NCBI RefSeq assembly: GCF_036588685.1
Contig: NC_086379.1
Span: 59,334,001-59,398,000 of the forward strand
DNA from: Mytilus trossulus
Lineage: Eukaryota
DNA length: 64,000 bases
Reading direction: 5' to 3'
Positions within the stretch are counted from its first letter, which is position 1. Each line of letters starts with the position of its first letter. Made by a program: the position numbers and the translations under genes. This document shows, piece after piece, positions 61,150 to 64,000 of the stretch. Below the pieces are notes generated by a model. The model was not told the DNA's origin and did no database searches. It was given only the letters and a program-made list of their open reading frames with translations.

Positions 61150-64000
61150 ATGGGAAACGGACAGTCTGGCGGAGCAAAAGGCACGCCTACCTTATATATT
61201 CATGGGCTTAGTGCTCCAGCGAGGGCAGCATGGATGACCACAAAAGCAGCAGAAATACCGGTTCATTTGAAATACGTGGATCCATTTAAAGGCGAACATA
61301 AAACTCCTGAATTCGCAAAGGTAAGTTATAATAGTAAACTTATGTAAAAGACTAAAATTTCTGCACAAAATTAAATTCTACATGTCTATTGGGTTTTTTT
61401 TAAGAAGGGGGAAAGTTTCCAGAGCAAACGCAACAATAGACACACAAAAGGTCTTATAGGAAAGACTTTCCTCCCCGGTTTGGTGATTGAGTCTTTCAAA
61501 CAACGATTTTTAACCCAAATAGCAATGATTAGCAACCCAAAGAACGCGAATTGATGTCAAACAACCATGACTTGATGGTAAAGTCTTTGAAAGGAAGTGT
61601 TTTAAGACTATGCAGATAAAAGAGGCTTTACAAAAGGCAAACTGATGAATTGAACTGGAATAATAGATAACATTGTTGGTGTTTTGCTGCAAAGAACATT
61701 AGATGTTAGGTTCAGTTTTCCTATGCACAATTGTTTCAGATTCGTTTTTAGCGAATTTATTCTGACAAACTTTATAAAACTCGAAGATAACATCGATTGT
61801 ACCCACCAACATGTACTGACGATATTTTCAATTGCGATACCAGAGAAGTACTTGTCAATGCAAAATTGTAACCTGGAACATGATACTCATTTCACATATT
61901 TAAAAAGCGTCTGTTATAATATATATATATATATCTGAGCACCTAAATTCTAAATTCAAAATATGATAGTCCCAGGTGAAGTTGCTTCAAATATGCGTGA
62001 AAAATATGTAATCCTACTTGATGTTTGTTTTGTAGATAAATCCTGACATGACACTACCTACCTTAGTAGATGGAAACTTTTCTTTATGGGAGAGGTATGT
62101 ATCTGTCGGAAAGTATGTGTGAACAAGCACAATCTAAGCTTGCAACAGTCAATTCTTATTATTCAAAATAACATGTAGAAAAGTACTAGTACTACATACT
62201 GGATAGGATATGACATAACATGCAACATTGAGATAATAATTTTGGGATACGGTGAGAATCAGTGTTTTGTAAAGAGTACTCAGCAGGTTTTTAAGCAGAT
62301 AGCAAACATGTGCTGTTAAAATGTCATTATTATACGCTCTTAGACTTTGCAGCTAGACACAAATCAATAAATTCTGTTTTGTTTAATGTGAAATTTAATT
62401 TTGATTGCACTTTCATCCACATCGTTACTGGTATGTCCAAATCAAACAAAATCGAAATACTAGTTGAGTATTCTTTGAAATCTGATTAAAATTCATTGTG
62501 ATCCCTTTTCAGTCGGCCTGTCATGCAGTATCTAGTGAGCAAGTTTGGAGGCAGACATTCCTACCTATATCCTAAAGATCTACAAAAGAGAGCTATAGTG
62601 GACAGATTACTATACTATGATCTAGGATCAGTGTACAAAACAGTCACAGAATACATGGTAATTAATAGAAAATTTATGTTTCTAAATGCTCCATACAGAG
62701 TCTGTATTGCTGATCTGAATTTTTGCCTATTATGAACTCTTTTAACCCTTTAGAAATATTTAAAAAAAAAAAAAAAAGGATAAAAGCTTTATTTTGAGTC
62801 TAAATATTCAATAATATTCACTTATGTATCTATTCCATCTACTGAATTAAGAATTACTTCTGACTGTGATGGGAGTGCCTTGCTTTCTGTCGGACTATAA
62901 AAAAGTAGAATTGACCAGAATGTCAGGAACACAAATAGGGAGAAGCTTCAAAAACCATAATTCATTTAAAACAAACAATACCATGATCCTAAAGAATTAT
63001 GAAAACCATTTACCAATTGTCAATAAATTTTCTCCTTTATATCATTTTTTTTCTGGATACAGAGGCATCAATGTATCAAGCTGATTGGATGCATTAAACA
63101 AAGTTCAAAGACTACAGTAAAGTCAGATCTATCTAAAGTTTGTGATCTCTAGGTGCATCACATGATTTTCTAGGTTTTGTTGATCATTTTTTGGGGGGTA
63201 AAATTTTCTATCTTAAGAGATCTTTAGAGACAATGGTGAAAACGTTTGAGGTCAAAGGGGTCACCAGTAACAACTTTCAAATAAAATCAAAATAAGAATA
63301 ATTTTACTGAAGAGGGGAGTTGACAATTTTTTACCATGCTGGCCATATTTGATAGCAGCTCATCATACATTTATGTTAAAGAGGATCATAGATGCATTTT
63401 CAGATATACAATTTTGTAGATATTGACTCTCAGAAAATTTAATTTTGAAATTCTTTGTTAAAATTTCTGTTGTTGTTTTTTGGGGGGGTAAAAAAAGTTA
63501 AAACAATTGGAGGGAGTTTAGATGATACATATTCCTTTAATTAAAGAGTATAATCTGTGCAAGTATATACTTGGTTCAATATTTGAATTGTCAAGCATCA
63601 TGGGTACTAACAGACATGACAATGTTAGATAACTTATAAGATGTCTATAGTGTATAACTAAAATGAAATCTATTGCAATACAATTCTTATTTTTATAAAA
63701 AAAATCTATTCACAGTGAAATCTACAAAAATAGTAACTTTTATTTTGAACTTTTCAGTATCCTCAGCTCTTCCAAGGCAAACCCCCTGATGCAGAAAAAG
63801 AAATGGCAATGAGAGCAACATTTGACTACCTGAATCGTCTGTTTGATGGTGGTGGCCATTATATGACTGGAGATAATCTAACCATAGCAGATATTAGTAT
63901 GGCTTCAAACATTTCATTAACTGAAATTAAAGGTTATCGCTTAGATGCTTGGCCAGACCTTGCCACATGGTACCAAAGAATGAAAGCTCAGCCATGGTGG
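61150..64000 (+). CDS. Cytosolic glutathione S-transferase, theta/delta-epsilon-like (3' end off-window)
   Basis: Exons 61150-61320, 62036-62094, 62513-62657 and 63758->64000 splice in frame. Motifs LSAPAR (catalytic Ser), [60 protein letters not shown]. Confidence 0.92.

Overview
AT-rich, intron-containing animal genomic DNA. The repeat families look like a bivalve mollusc, probably Mytilus-like (inference). I assembled five spliced genes by hand: GID4 (-, 3' end off-window), ATPAF2 (+, 8 exons), DRC3/LRRC48 (-, 10 coding exons, including one AT-AC U12 intron), a TOM1/TOM1L2 orthologue (+, about 17-18 exons) and a theta/delta-like GST (+, runs off the right edge). GID4-ATPAF2-DRC3-TOM1L2 have the same order and relative orientation as in human 17p11.2 (Smith-Magenis region), forming two head-to-head pairs. 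Mobile DNA includes: an internally deleted DIRS tyrosine-recombinase retroelement with intact ITRs and ICR in GID4 intron 2; a decayed RTE-clade LINE with a candidate HDV-like ribozyme at its 5' end; several Helentron-associated (HINE/DINE-like) elements with internal satellite arrays; Mutator-, PIF/Harbinger- and TA-type MITEs; and minisatellites. Most long ORFs in the track are repeat artefacts. All calls were made by eye, without database searches.
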